A stretch of DNA of 63,816 nucleotides, the filler included, from Streblomastix strix (lineage: Eukaryota), in the NCBI GenBank assembly GCA_008636045.1. It is 2 parts of 2 records of this genome, joined end to end, with 100 filler letters (N's around TTAATTAATTAA, not from the genome) between each part and the next. Parts side by side here need not be neighbours in the genome. Positions count along the whole stretch, not along the records: positions 1 to 31,876 come from SNRW01000075.1; positions 31,977 to 63,816 come from SNRW01000076.1. One strand, written 5' to 3'. Under the pieces are notes generated by a model that saw only the letters and a program-made list of their open reading frames with translations, ran no database searches and was not told the origin of the DNA. The translations under genes and the position numbers were made by a program. Below, in pieces: positions 28,671-42,329 of the stretch (position 1 is its first letter; each line of letters begins with the position of its first letter).

Positions 28671-30726
28671 CAGGGTGGTGAATAAATCCGTATCACGAAC
28701 TTTTCTTATCGAATATGTAAATATATATTTATATTTTTATATCGTTGAATTACACATTTTATTATGTACATTTTTTAATATATTTATTTTTATCGTATTA
28801 TAGTTGTTGGTATGCAGCGTTTAGTTTTCCATTTTAAATTTCATGAAATTTTGATTGTTTGAATAATATTTACTCGGATAGATTATATTTTAACATATTA
28901 TATATTTATTTTCATTATAAATGTACTATATATTATTATATATATATCTCATCATTAAGTGTGCTATAGATCAAGATTTTGAAATTTTAGAATAAAAGTT
29001 TGCTTTTCGACCAATGATAAATTAATTTAATATTTAAAATAGTTTTATTATATTAAATAATATACAAATAATATGAATAAATTATATATATATAATATAT
29101 TGTTTCAAATCGATCAAATTTTATTTTTTATTCCCATTCAAAAATGACTGTCACACTAGGTGAAATTGATTACCTGCGATTTCGTGTTTTGGTAGAGCAT
29201 AAACTGCGTCTGTGTGAATCAAATGAAATAATTTTTCATGATCTTCGAGAAATATATGGGACAATTTCACCTGAATGCGTAACAATCAGGAAATGGAGAG
29301 CAGAATTCAACAAAAATAAAACGCTTGTTGTTCACCCAGAGCACCCTGGCCGTCCAAAGATAACTGGCTTAGGACCTGAAGTAACAAAAGTAATCTAAGA
29401 TAATCCATACATTTCATTGAGGCGCTTAGCTGATACATTTCACCACGATAAAAAAACAATAAGACGAATAATTGATGAGGAAACCGAATATATAAGAGTC
29501 TGTTTACGATTTGTTCCTCACATACTTAACAATAGCAACAAAATTCAACGAATGGATTATGCAAAAGACATGAAGAAATAAATTAAACAATTTGAAAAAT
29601 CAGATTTCAGAAATATAGTGACTGGCGATGAGACATGGATTTATCTTCGCAACTACGCTTCATTTGTCTTCCGTAGAAGAGGAGAGGAACCTCTGGAAAA
29701 GCCACGACAAGCAATTGGGGATGAAAAACGGATGTTCACTGTCTTTTTTTCAGGCGAAGGAATATAGTTCATACATATGTTACCGAAAATGCAAACGATG
29801 GACTCCGAAATATTCATAAAAGAAATTATACAGCCTTTAGATGAGTAATACTAATAACAAAGAAGCAAGGATGACCGCAACGTCTGGATTCACTTTGACA
29901 ACGCAAGGGTTCATACGTCAAAAAAGACTCAAACTTGCAATTCTCGGAGCATTTTCACCTAACTTAAGCACCCAGCTTATTCCCCTGACATTTCACCCTG
30001 CGATTTTTTCCTTTTCGGTGTGCTTAAGCAGGAACTTAAAGGAAAACTGTTCCGAAATGAAGATGAAGCGGAGTAAGCAGTTACACGGATTTTGAACGAA
30101 ATTCATCCTAGTGAAATTTAGAGGGCCTTTCGCAATTGGATATACAGACTGGACTATATTATTGCGCACGACGGTAATTATTACAATAAATCTAAATGGT
30201 GAAAATTGATTGAATGGAATTGTTCTATTTTATTATATCTGTTATAACTTTAAATTCTATAATTTATAAAAAATTAAATTTGATCGATTTGAACCAATAT
30301 ATTATATATATATAATTTATTCGTATTATTTGTATATTATTTAATATAATAAAACTATTTTAAATATTAAATTAATTTATCATTGGTCGAAAAGCAAACT
30401 TTTATTCTAAAATTTCAAAATCTTGATATATAGCACACTTAATGATGAAATATATATATAATAATATATAGTACATTTATAATGAAAATAAATATATAAT
30501 ATGTTAAAATATATTCTATCCAAGTAAATATTATTCAAACAATCAAAATTTCATGAAATTGAAAATGGAAAACTAAACGCTGCATATCAACAACTATAAT
30601 ACGATAAAAATAAATATATTAAAAAATGTATATAATAAAATGTGTAATTCAATGATATAAAAATTTAAATATATATTTACATATTCGATAAGAAAAGTTC
30701 GTGATACGGATTTATTCACCACCCTG
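28671..30726 (+). mobile_element. Tc1/mariner element with ~450-bp TIRs, flanked by TA
   Basis: TA|CAGGGTGGTGAATAAATCCGTATCACGAAC... and ...GTTCGTGATACGGATTTATTCACCACCCTG|TA. The inverted match extends over ~28671-29123 and ~30274-30726. Confidence 0.97.
29144..30202 (+). CDS. Mariner DD34D transposase, 352 aa, intact
   Basis: Uninterrupted in code 6: HPGRP, FVPHTL, IVTGDETWIY, HFDNARVH, HPAYSPDISPCDFFLF. There are 34 residues between the second and third Asp. Confidence 0.95.
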
Positions 30727-30797
30727 TAATATATTATTAACTGTATGATATAATACATTATTATTTTATATAATTATACCATTATATTATATGATTA

Positions 30798-31470
30798 GGT
30801 GTTTATGGAGTTGTTACTCTTCAAATGCACGTTAGAGATTGAGTTAAAGTATTTGTATAAGTTAATTTTACAGATATTAAATAATTGAATATTATTCCAA
30901 GTATATTTATTTTTATCCTATTCATTAAATAGAATAATATTCCAGCAGAGAATCTTCGTTTTCGTGAATATGAATAATCTTTCAAAGTATTTATCATAAA
31001 TTAATTAGTAGTTTGTTAGATAATTTTATTATTAATTTTATTAGAATACAATTCAGTAATCAACTAGAGATGATGATGGAAAAGAATAACCGATATAAAC
31101 TGGTATATTTCATAATATTATTCTTTTTGATTATATTGGTTAATTAATTATTCTTATTTCAATTACTTAAAAAGGAGCAAGAACGCATCATCCTGAAATT
31201 CATATGGCAATTGGTCCTTTTGAAATTGTCTGTGAGTCTGTATCATTTCAAAAAGGAGAAATTATTGTTTTTACTAGGTGTGAATGGAACTGAGAAAACT
31301 ACTTTCTTGAATTTAATTGCAGGTATAGTAATTGTAAATCTAATTTATTATAATTTAATTCATTATATATTATATAACTCATTATATATTATATTGTATT
31401 GTATTGGTTTGGTTGCAGCAAATGGAGAAGTTGAAGTTTTTAGACTCAGTATATCATTCAAAGGATATCA
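30798..31470 (+). pseudogene. ABCE1: ABCE1/RLI1 internal fragment
   Basis: GVYGVVTL, IPAENLRFRE, GPFEI, LLGVNGTEKTTFLNLIAG (degenerate Walker A) and LSISFK, with a TGA and a frameshift. Confidence 0.8.
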
Positions 31471-31747
31471 TCTAATTAACATATATAATATTCAACTTGG
31501 AAAGAAGTTAATGAATCTGGAAAGGATAAATTAAAAAAATAAAAGAAAGCAGCTTTGATTGAAAAAGAAAGAATTGAGAAAGAAAAGATTGAAAATGAGA
31601 AAGAAACTGAAAGAATTAAGAGAGAAAGGGAGATTGAAAGAAAAGGATTATAATCCATTCTGAATTTGAAGACTGTGAGATAATTACTTTCTTAGGTATT
31701 AAATGAATATATATAGAAGAAATTAAATACAGATAATTGATTGAAAA

Positions 31748-31876
<129 letters not shown>

Positions 31877-31976
31877 NNNNNNNNNNNNNNNNNNNNNNNN
31901 NNNNNNNNNNNNNNNNNNNNTTAATTAATTAANNNNNNNNNNNNNNNNNNNNNNNNNNNNNNNNNNNNNNNNNNNN
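31877..31976. other. Artificial contig linker N-TTAATTAATTAA-N
   Basis: A six-frame-stop spacer between two runs of N. Confidence 0.95.
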
Positions 31977-32813
31977 TTAGAGCTTTACTACAAAGCAGGT
32001 TGCAAAATAGAAAAATAGATCTTTTATTTAGTTTTTTAATAAGTTTTGTAATCCACCTCATGTAACTACTAGGTATTTTATCATTTGTTTGAATTATTAT
32101 TTTTTTTTCAAAAACTTTCTTAATTTTCATGAGTAACAATTTTCTAGGTAATAGTAATAAAATTAAAAATAGAAACATGTAAAACTTTTCTCAATTGTTT
32201 CTTTTTTTATTATTTTTATAATTTTTTTTCATAAAGGATGAATAGTAATATACAACAACTTCGCTTTTATTGAATGATTGCCATCGACTATTTGAAATGA
32301 TTCCTTGGGTCATTCTCCAATCGATGTAATCAATGGGATGGCTATTTTAAAGATTTCAAAAAAAGGGGAAAAAATTGATAAATCTGTTCTCACAATAGGA
32401 GAACTAACAGAAAAAATGGACAAAGCGTATTGTTTAAATATAAAGTGGGTGAGACGAGAGCAAGTAAGCGAAACTCCCCATAAACAAATGATGTGTAAAA
32501 GTAAAAAACAAAATAAATAACTGCGTAATTAAGCATAGAAGTTCTCGCTTCGAACAAAATGATTAAATTAAATTAGAAACGTTTATTAAATAACTAAGTA
32601 GTTAATATTATATTTAAAACTGGTTAATGTATGATTAAAAAATTCATAAAACGTTAAATTTAATAGCCAAAAAAATTAAAATTCTATTCTTCATTGTCTT
32701 GATTTCAATCAGCGAACTGAGTTGGCACTTACAAACACAACAGAATGATTGCTGACACATCGTGTTCACTCGATTATTAGAGTCCAATTCAATAGTTCGC
32801 TTATTATCTTATC

Positions 32814-35800
32814 CAGGGGTTTATATAAGGAAAAAAAAGATGGTCTGCTTTCGAAAAAGTTGATCTGCACATTATTTTTTAGTATAAATAAATAAATCAA
32901 TATAATATTTTAATTATTAATTATTATTTATTCAAAACTATTAAAATTGAAAAGAATCATGTAAGTAATCTGGAACTTTTAACTATGAATCTTTATTTAT
33001 CAACTACTGTTTCTGCCTGTAATTGACATTTTTTCTCTCTTTTTTCTTTATCCATATAGCTGCAATTGCTTTCGCATCATCACCCGAAAGTTAAATTGGA
33101 CCGTTTATCTTAATATTCATCAAAAAGCTTAGCTTTTTTTCAGTCAGCTTGCATCTTAAGTCGGTTTTTATTTTGTTCATCTGAGAAAATCCTCTTTCCG
33201 GCCAAGATGATGACATGGGAACTGTCAATGCTACTTAAACAAACATTCGTAACATTGGGTTTTATAAGAAAATTTGAGAACGAATCAGTCTTCTTTGCAC
33301 ATCTCTTGTAGTACATCCAATGAAATTGTCATTTAGCTATTATCTGAAATCTTTCCACTCTTTTAATATCTCAACCTCTGCTTCTTCACAAGATTTTTTA
33401 CCACTTAACTTCCAAAACTTTTTATTTAATATATTTAAATCTGAATCTCCATATTCTGAATTGTCATCTATTTTCTCAGGAACTGCAATATTATCAAAAA
33501 TTTTAAACCTAGACATGATATAATTATCTTAAAATCTCTTCTCTACTGCTTTTAGAGTGGCATCCACTTATTTGCACGATAATTCTTCCATTTCACTCAT
33601 CTTTTTCTCATCCAATTCTCCTAATCCTTCAGAATGTTGTTCGAGAAACGTTTTGTATCTTGTCCAATTTTCTCTAAGTATCTATGATGAGATTTTCTCC
33701 TCCTTAATTTTTTCCATTCCTTTTCTGAATTTGCTAAGATTTGGCTTTATTTAATCGTAGCATAGGTTACCTTCCTGGAATATTTCAGACAAAAATTTTA
33801 GCTGAAAGAGTACAGGCTTAAGTATGAATAACGATGATATGAACGAGAATTTTGTTGTCACATTTAATAATCCTTCTACCATAACTTCAAAATTCTCTTC
33901 TGATATTTTCTTTAGACATTTCCATATACTTGGTAACTCTATGATTGATGTATCAACTGATTACGAACATGAAAGCCATCGAATTTTTTAAGGGTCAACC
34001 AATTTTTTTTGTTCTGTCATATCTTTTGTGTGAATTGATGCAAGTTGAGCAGCGTGTAATGGAGACTTAGCAAAATAATGATGCAATTATAATAGTTACC
34101 CTTCACTTTTTCTAAGTATGAAGAATTATACTAGTTTGATTACATCTTAAGCAGAAAGTGCAAAACGATGAGCATGACAATATATTATGATTAATGAGAT
34201 CAATTCTAGTACGAGAAGCGTTGCCATACCATGTTTTACACCCATCATAGCAACAGCTCCATCGCAACTAAAATTGCTTAACTTTAATAAATCTAACTCT
34301 TTTTCTTTAGCCATTGATTTAAATATATCTAGAGGGTTCAGTGCTTTTCCTCTTTTCTCTCCGAGCGATCTGATATCCATGAATTTATTTTGAATAACCC
34401 CATTTGAATCAACATATCTTACAAAAGTAATGAATTGGTTGAATGTAGATATGTCTGTACTTTCATCACATCATGCTGCGCACAATCCAGCTTTATGCAC
34501 CTACAAGACAATCTAAGAAGTTAAATAATCAGATATAACCTCTAAGAATTCTGCCGTCGATGTTGAAGAAGCATGATGAAAGTCTTGAAGTAGTTTATGA
34601 CCTCTTAAACTTATTATCATTTGTTAAAGCGATTCGATATTGTCATTTGCAACTGCATACTTTGCAGCATAATAAATTATTTTTACTTACTATTCAGCTG
34701 CTAACTTCATTTGATCCTCATTCAAATTAACTGTTCGTAGTACTTCATCTATTTTCGTAGATTCTTCAGCTACATTTGCTCTCTTCTGAATTACAAAATT
34801 AGTCAAATGTTTTCTAAGATCTGCCTGTTAACGTGGAAATGCTACTTCAGTCATATAGGGCTCTTTTTCGTGATATTTACATTCAAGATTTTTCTTACAT
34901 ATTTTGCAAAAACAGCCTCTGTTTGGTCCGAGTTCGAATTAGGTTTTGAATTCAGAGTCGTTCAACCAACTTTCGTTGAATTGCTTCTTTTACTGTTTGA
35001 TATTTTCGGATCCATGAATTGTGTAAGGTTTCTTTGTTTCAATTATAATTTCATCTCCAATCAGCTACTAGTTTATTGATACCATTTCTGCATATTAACA
35101 AAATATAGTAAAAGCAATTAAAAAATAAATATTAAAAAAAAATTGATTGTTCACTCCTTTATCATCATTCAATAATTTATCTTTATCTATTTCTCTTTAA
35201 CTAAATAATTTTTTATTCCTATTTATAATTTACGAAGAGTTTGAATTAACTACAATTCAGAATAATAAAAATTAAATAAAGAAATTTTATTTTAAAAAGA
35301 AAAATTTATTTTCCAAACTTTAAGTACTTATTTAACAGTTTTAATATTATTAGTTTCTTCAGTATTTGAATCTCCTTCATGGTTTTAGACTGATTCTTCT
35401 AATTGCTTCAACTTCCTCTTATTTTCTATCTGTATTAATTGTTATGGAACATCAATTTCAGAATACTCAATTTTGATTTGAAAGAATAGAAAAATAATAT
35501 ATGAATTTAAATACTAATTATTTTTTTATAATAAAATACCAACTTGAACTTTTGAACTAAATTCCATTTAATCCTTAATTAATAGCTCTTCTAAGTTAAG
35601 AATTTTTCTTATTCGTATCTTATTTGAATAAATTAATTATTAAAATAAAAAAATTAATATCAATATAATGAATTAAATCAAATACCATTAATTTGTCTCT
35701 AAATTTTCTATTCACTTCAACCACTGCTCGTTGATCAGGAACTTTTCTTGCTATTGTTCCACGAATTTGTAATTTATGCTAAATTTTAATAATTAATTTA

Positions 35801-36586
35801 TTAATAAATTAAATAGATAACTTTCATACTTTGATTCTAGACTTTTCTGGTTGTCTAGCAAAGTTTCAACTTATCTTCTGAAAGGTTTAACAATGATTCT
35901 TCAATTTCTGGAAGTAAATTGATTGAATTAAAATATTAAATTAAATTTTACTCATACCAGCGGCCTAAATATCGTTCTATAACACAGACATTGAATGGTT
36001 TTGATTGGAAATTAATTATTTTTCGTTGTACTCATATTTATTTTCGATAACGTCGGCTTATAACAAATATTAGAAAAAATATTGCATATTAATAAAATAA
36101 ATGCAATAAATACCACTTTGTTAGATAGCCATAGAGCTTTATTAATTCATAAAAAATGTGTGAATATATAGAATAGAAAATAAAATAAACTATTTTTCAA
36201 TGTTTAGTTGATATAAATTTACTAAATTTCAATTAATAGATTAGCATACATAACAGGCTTTATTAATTTTTTTTTTAAAAAAAAGAAAATTGAAAATTAT
36301 GAAATCAAAAAATTTCAGATAAATTTCTCGTTTCAGATATAAAATTTTAATTTTATAATATATAATGTATTATTCAATATGATATTGGTTCAAATCTAAT
36401 AAAAATTAATTAAAATTTTATACCTTCAAAATAATTTTATACATAAAACCTCAAAAGAATTTAATCAAATACATAATGTTCATTTTATAACCTAAAAAGA
36501 TGATCTACTATTGACAAAAGATGGTCTGCTACTTGATCAAAAGTTGGTCTGCAAAAGCAGACAAACTTATGTTTAAAAAACCCCTG
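32814..36586 (-). mobile_element. hAT DNA transposon with an 8-bp TSD (ATCTTATC)
   Basis: ATCTTATC|CAGGGGTTT ... AAACCCCTG|ATCTTATC. Subterminal AAAAG(A/T)TG(G/A)TCT(G/A)C repeats at both ends. Confidence 0.96.
32932..36132 (-). pseudogene. hAT transposase (ZNF862-like) with multi-intron 5' region
   Basis: FNESW..CFCKIC, CDESTDIS..FVRYVD, SCDGAVAMMG, CHAHRFALS, IRWLS and PMSSSWPERGFSQMNKIKTDLR. An in-frame TGA lies just before CDES. 5' exon structure approximate. Confidence 0.85.
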
Positions 36587-36599
36587 ATCTTATCAATAT

Positions 36600-39500
36600 T
36601 ACATGATTGCATTTCCAGGAGATTGATAAAGATAATGTAATCATAAAACTATACGATACATAATGTGCAGTGATTGATTCACCAATTCCACAAAGGGTTG
36701 GGACAATAGTAAAAGATTAAATGAATTCAATTCTGTAGAGTTTAAGACTGATAGCTAGAACCAAGGCAAGGTTGATGTATATTATTCTATATACTCTACT
36801 TACCAATATTCCCACTATAACAATTGAGGGGTGTATATATTATATCCAACAACTTCATCTTTATTTAGGATTTTAAATTGAATTACGTTTCATTAGGCCA
36901 TGAATATCACATAGTTTCGTTTGCAATTTCATTGTCCTCTAATTTCTATACAAATACTTAGTAATCATTTATTGCTTTAGAATTTCTTGCATGTCATGCA
37001 AATATATTTACTAATGTTTCGTCTAGACTCAACGCCACTAATCATGTTTGCAGAATGTCTAAATGAATATACTTGTTTCCCTTTTATACCCATCAAGTCT
37101 AATAATTTCTTTTACCTTAGTGAGATTTGGCCTCTTTTGGCTGATATAATTATGTCTTCATTTCACCATAATGCTCCATACTTATTGTCTCTGATGGATC
37201 GACTGTATTTGTTATCAATTCTTTTCATTCAATCAAAAATATTGCTCCAGAAAATATATTATGATATCTAGTCTTTGGAAGTTTGTGTGATTGAAGTCCA
37301 GACTTTGTTTACGGGTGTAGTCACAAGTCTACCTTGTCGGTTTTCTCGCAAATTACTGATCATCTAAGAGAAATTCCTTCAATTTCAGCTGGTCTCATTG
37401 AATATATAATCATTAGAAGAGATGAATGTTTAATCTATAGTTCAATATTTGTTAAAATAAGATCCGATCCTCTTCCTCTCCAATAGTCAAATAATATTCC
37501 TACATTATATATGTCCTCATATTTCTGTTTAATCATCATATGAGCTAAAATATCTATTCTTATGAATTGGAGCCTAGGATTATTTTTTATATCTATGTCA
37601 AATATTAGTGAGAGAATTGAGGAGAATCCATTGAGAAATTGAAGTGCTGAGCTAGTTGAAGGGTCTACTGAAGTGAATTGAGCTAGTATCTCTATTTTGT
37701 TGATATATGGTTTCATTGTTAATAAATCAAGGATCTTGTAACGGTAGAAATGAGCCAATTTTCTTGGTTTTTTCGTAGCTCAATAATATCCTCTTTGAGT
37801 ATTGTATCTTTATCTATATAAAATCATGTCTATTGCTTCTCTGGATACGTTTAGTATTCTCAAAATCTTTCTTACATATCTTCTTCCTTTTCTGGCCTTC
37901 GATCTATCATGAAACAACTTATATTATATGGAGGGGGTTTCAAATTCTTCTGTGGTAACGATGTTCCAGCATCCATTACTTCGCTACTCAAATCAGGAAT
38001 AAGGGATTGAACATTCTAGTTTAATAGTTCTGTATGCCAAATCTAACATGGCCATAATGGAGATAATATCAATGATCTTATTTATTGTTCTCTAATACTC
38101 TTCGGAAATGCTGAAAGGAGAGGAATAGGAGAATGAATCCATGAAAATTCTTTCTTCCATCCTTGATTGAGAGCTTCGATTACTATTTCTCCGTGTCCTC
38201 TTATTGTTGACATGAATCTTAGCAGTAGATTATTGAAGTGTTGTGAGAATAAATCTATTGTCAGATTCATTTTCATTTAATAACATATATGTTGAAAAAC
38301 ATGTCTTTTATTTTGTAATCTGCTAATCTTGACAAATTACTTAGTGTGTCTGCAATTTCATTTTTAACTCTTAGGAGTTGAGAAATATGGATCAATATTT
38401 TGAGTTTTTCTATTGATTGATATATCTCTTTTATTTGTTTGATTAGTATTATTTGTGTTCTCCATTTCTTAATGTCGAAAACTGATGTAATGTTATCGTT
38501 TCTAATCGCCAAGCATTATGTTTGCGAAAACTTTAAGATTTTTGCGAAGCTTAAAATGTCTTAAGTTAAAATTTTTATTTCATTGCTGTTATTTGTCTAT
38601 TTTGTATATTTATTATTGCAAGTTCTAGTAGCAATTGATATCATTTTTGCCTTTCACTAAAGTTGAAACCCATCCATGGGTGCTGTATCCGTAGTTATTA
38701 TTTTTTTGTAGAGATCTGTACTAGATGGGCTTGAATATTTAATCCTAATTTCGTTATCGATCGGATCAAGTTCGGGACTGTTATTTTATCCAAATTAATT
38801 TTTTAGTTCGAGTCTCTAAGTTTTGCTGCGTCAGCCTTTTGATGATCAATTGTGTTGAGGAAGAATGATGCTTATTGAAATTAGAGTCTCAGATAGTTCA
38901 GTTTCCCTACATACTTCTCAATTTGTTTTATTGTTATTTTTATTGTCTTATTTATCCATCTTCTTATATTTTATCGTGAAATAATAGGAGTCTCTTCCTT
39001 AATTTTGTTTTAACTGTCGCGTTATTTAGAATCCATTCCCATCCAAGAGAAATTATTGTTTGCTTCAGTTTTAACACACTTTTTTCAATGTTTATCATGA
39101 ATCAAATGGATTTCAGTGTTTCGATTATATTCATTGTTATCTTTGTCAAATATTTCTTGTTTTAGTGAATAAGTAGAATGTCCTCCATATAATTAATTAT
39201 CCTTTTTTCTATTCTCATTTAAATTTATTGAAGTATAATTTCAATTGCTGTTGTAATGCAGATCGGTGAGATTTTAATTCCAAACGGTACTGCTTTATAA
39301 GTGAAGTAGTTATTTTGAAATTTGAATGCTTGCTATTGATATGATTCGGTCTGTTCTATTAGGTGATGAAATGCGGAAGAAAGATCCATCGAAATGCCGC
39401 AATCCTCTATTCAAATTATTTATTTGACTTCGATCAAATCGGACATTTTGAAGTGAAAATCTGTTATTTTTCAGTATTTTTTAGCCAATTCTTTTCTCTA

Positions 39501-42325
39501 TTTTTTATTAAATTTTTTTATCTTGAATGTTGGATTAAACAGTTTGATTTGATCTTTCATAATTGCTATTAAAAATTTTCCTTCAGTTCTGCTACCAATA
39601 TAGTTTTGAATTTTTTTTGCTTCCTCGTTAGTATATTTAAATCTAATTATCTTTAAATGGCGTTATGGGTTATTGATACTACGTTTGTTCCTCAAAAGGA
39701 TGATAAATCCAATTCTTTAGGGATAAAATCTTTCATTTTGATAATCCCCTATTTTTCTGGATTTCTCTCCGTTGATCCCTGATTCTTGTCCTGTATTTAT
39801 ATATTTTAATTGTTAGGTTCACGATTCACAAAATTTCTGCTTTTTCTTCTATTCTTTTGCTTCCCTTGGATATATCAACTGTTCCTGATAGTCAATCTCG
39901 GAGTAAGATATGATTACAATTTGATTTTTGGGAGATTTGGAATTTTTTTTCTGTTTCTTGGATCCTCTACCTGTCCTGTTGTCTCAAGAGAGTTTGCAAG
40001 GTTAGTCTTCAGTATTTATTGTTTATTAAAGCATAGATTTTTGCAAGCTTATTTTGCTTCCGATATCCTTTTCTTCAATTTGTTGAATCGTTTATCGAGG
40101 TTTTACAATATTCTCAATAACATGGCTTAATTTTGAAGGTATGATTATCAATTATTCAATTATTTGTTTCGTCCTGTTATTAGTTTTTTCTACCACATCC
40201 AGCATTCCTGTATTTTCTTGAATTTTCGTTTTTTTTCTGGTCCTCAGGTTTTATAACTTCCAGATTTTCTAATTGATATCGTTCTCATTATTTCTTTTAA
40301 TTCTTCTACAATTGGAATCGGTGAGTGAGGAGATGTTGAAGTGGAACTATGAGTTATTTGAGGTTGTGAGCTGATATGGTTGTAGTCAATATTCTGGTAG
40401 CTTTGAATATGTTATTTGATTTAATGTGGTGAAACAGATCCACTCAACTTTGAACGCCTTAATTATTCTTTTTCATTTATAAATCGATCTTTTATCATAT
40501 AAGATTATAACGATTCACTATATTGTTATTACCGTACTTTACAGAAATTTATTATCTCTATAACTTTTCTTGTTTATATTTATCTATTTGTTTTAGATGT
40601 TTTTCATCTTCTTTCAAGTCCTCATCTCCATCAGTTCACAGATTCCTTACTAATCCTTCTCAACTCTAATTCTCTTCATTATGTACGTAACAACTACTAG
40701 TACTACTACCACTACTATTTCAGCTACAACTTAAGCTAGCTGATCTTTTCCTTGCCTCTATGTTTAGAATCATTTCCTGTTCTCCTTATCATTTCATTAT
40801 CCTACCATTCTCTACTATGATATTTCTTTACTTTTCATAAATCTTAACTGAATCAGTCTTTCTTGATTTATCTAATGGAAGTTAATATTTTCTTTCTTTT
40901 GAAAGGTACTGTAGTATGTTAATTTGTTAAAGTGAATATCTTGCCTAACTTCACAACTATCTTCAGTTTATGAAAATAAATATCTGTTTAATGTGGTGAT
41001 AGCCAAGGTATTATTATTTTTGGTATGATTTCATTTTGGAAGTCTTCTTCCTAAAATTTTTCGTTTTTCTTCCTTTTGGGGGTATATAAATCTTTTATTT
41101 AACCATTATAATTGTTTTTTTATCTCGTTTAAAGTAGATATGATATTCGAAGAGCTTGTTATATTGGGTAAGCATGTGTAGATGGGATTGCGAGTATGCA
41201 TATTTGTCTACTCGAAGATTAACTTTATTATATTGATCCTTCGCGGGGTTCTCGTGCGAAACGATCTACTTATTGGTTGAATGATCAATGCTCATTGCAT
41301 TGTTGGAACTAGAATATACCCTTTTCTGATTTGATTGATTTGAGTTTAATGACAGCTAAGGTTAATTCATCCAAATTTTTTATTAGCTTATTGTTGAATA
41401 AAATGGATTCAGTGGAGTTATTTATGGTATTGCATAGGGTCTTATTGGAAATATTGTCGATTATCCTTAGTATTGAAAGGGAAATTATGACAATTGTTGT
41501 CCTTATATTAACATTTACTGTTGTTGTGGTTATATATAAAATGGATTAAATAATTTTAGAAATTTAGTATTATTTATTATATTTGGTTCAAGAATAATAT
41601 AAACTCTGTTAATTAAATTTTGCTAATAAATTTTCTCACATGATCCTGTACTAATTCTAATGGTGTTATTTCCAGTTTACATCTAATTAGACCTATTATT
41701 TATTATAAGAACAAGTTCTTCAGTTATTGATATAATTCACCAGTAAAGCCACAATTCTTGTCAAAAGAATGTCTACTGATGCAGAATGTGTTATTCCAGT
41801 TTGTGATATTACTCATAATTATCAAAATATCAAATTTTTATATTCTAAAAGTATCAATGGTGATTCTTGTGTTTTTTTATAAATTTCCCTGTTCTGTTGT
41901 ATTTATGAACTCTTGCATCTGATTTATCTTGTAAATCATATCACATGCAATTATAATCATCCAAAAATTGAATTTAAGTGTTACCCAAACAGACCCATTT
42001 AACGGTTTGTTTCATGGTTCCTTAAAAAAGCTTAGACTACTGAAACTATTTCAGATCAAAATCTGCGATAACTTGGTCTAAAACTTGCATCGGCTATTGC
42101 GGTAGAAAATTATGTTTTGGTAATCATTTTTGTGTCATCAGATAAATAGCTGATATTGAGCGTTATTTCGCTACCAAAACTTATTTTTCAATTTGTTACA
42201 TTGAATAAAAATCGATTTGTATAGTTTCCTGATCAGAAAGTCCTACCATTAGCGCAAGCGCGGTCGTAATCACATTTGTTGGTAGGTCATCCGGAATAAC
42301 TCCTGTTTTGAACGGATCTTACAGA
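36600..42325 (-). mobile_element. Decayed DIRS-like tyrosine-recombinase retrotransposon (ends approximate)
   Basis: RT: SAFHH..YKAVPFG, INYMEDIL. RNase H: ITTD, IRNDN, NEIADTLS. MT-like: IDLFSQHFN, WIHSPIP. YR: YSFRHSA..HARNS. Many stops and frameshifts. Confidence 0.85.
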
Positions 42326-42329
42326 TCTA

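Noticed and set aside
30798..31470. Functional ABC transporter or ABCE1
   Set aside because: Internal fragment only, with a mutated Walker A, a stop and a frameshift.
31877..31976. Palindrome TTAATTAATTAA between N runs
   Set aside because: Artificial contig spacer. Adjacency across it is not biological evidence.
32230..32563. Short plus-strand ORF GHSPIDVINGMAIL
   Set aside because: Preceded by in-frame TGAs and has no recognisable motif, so it cannot be assigned.
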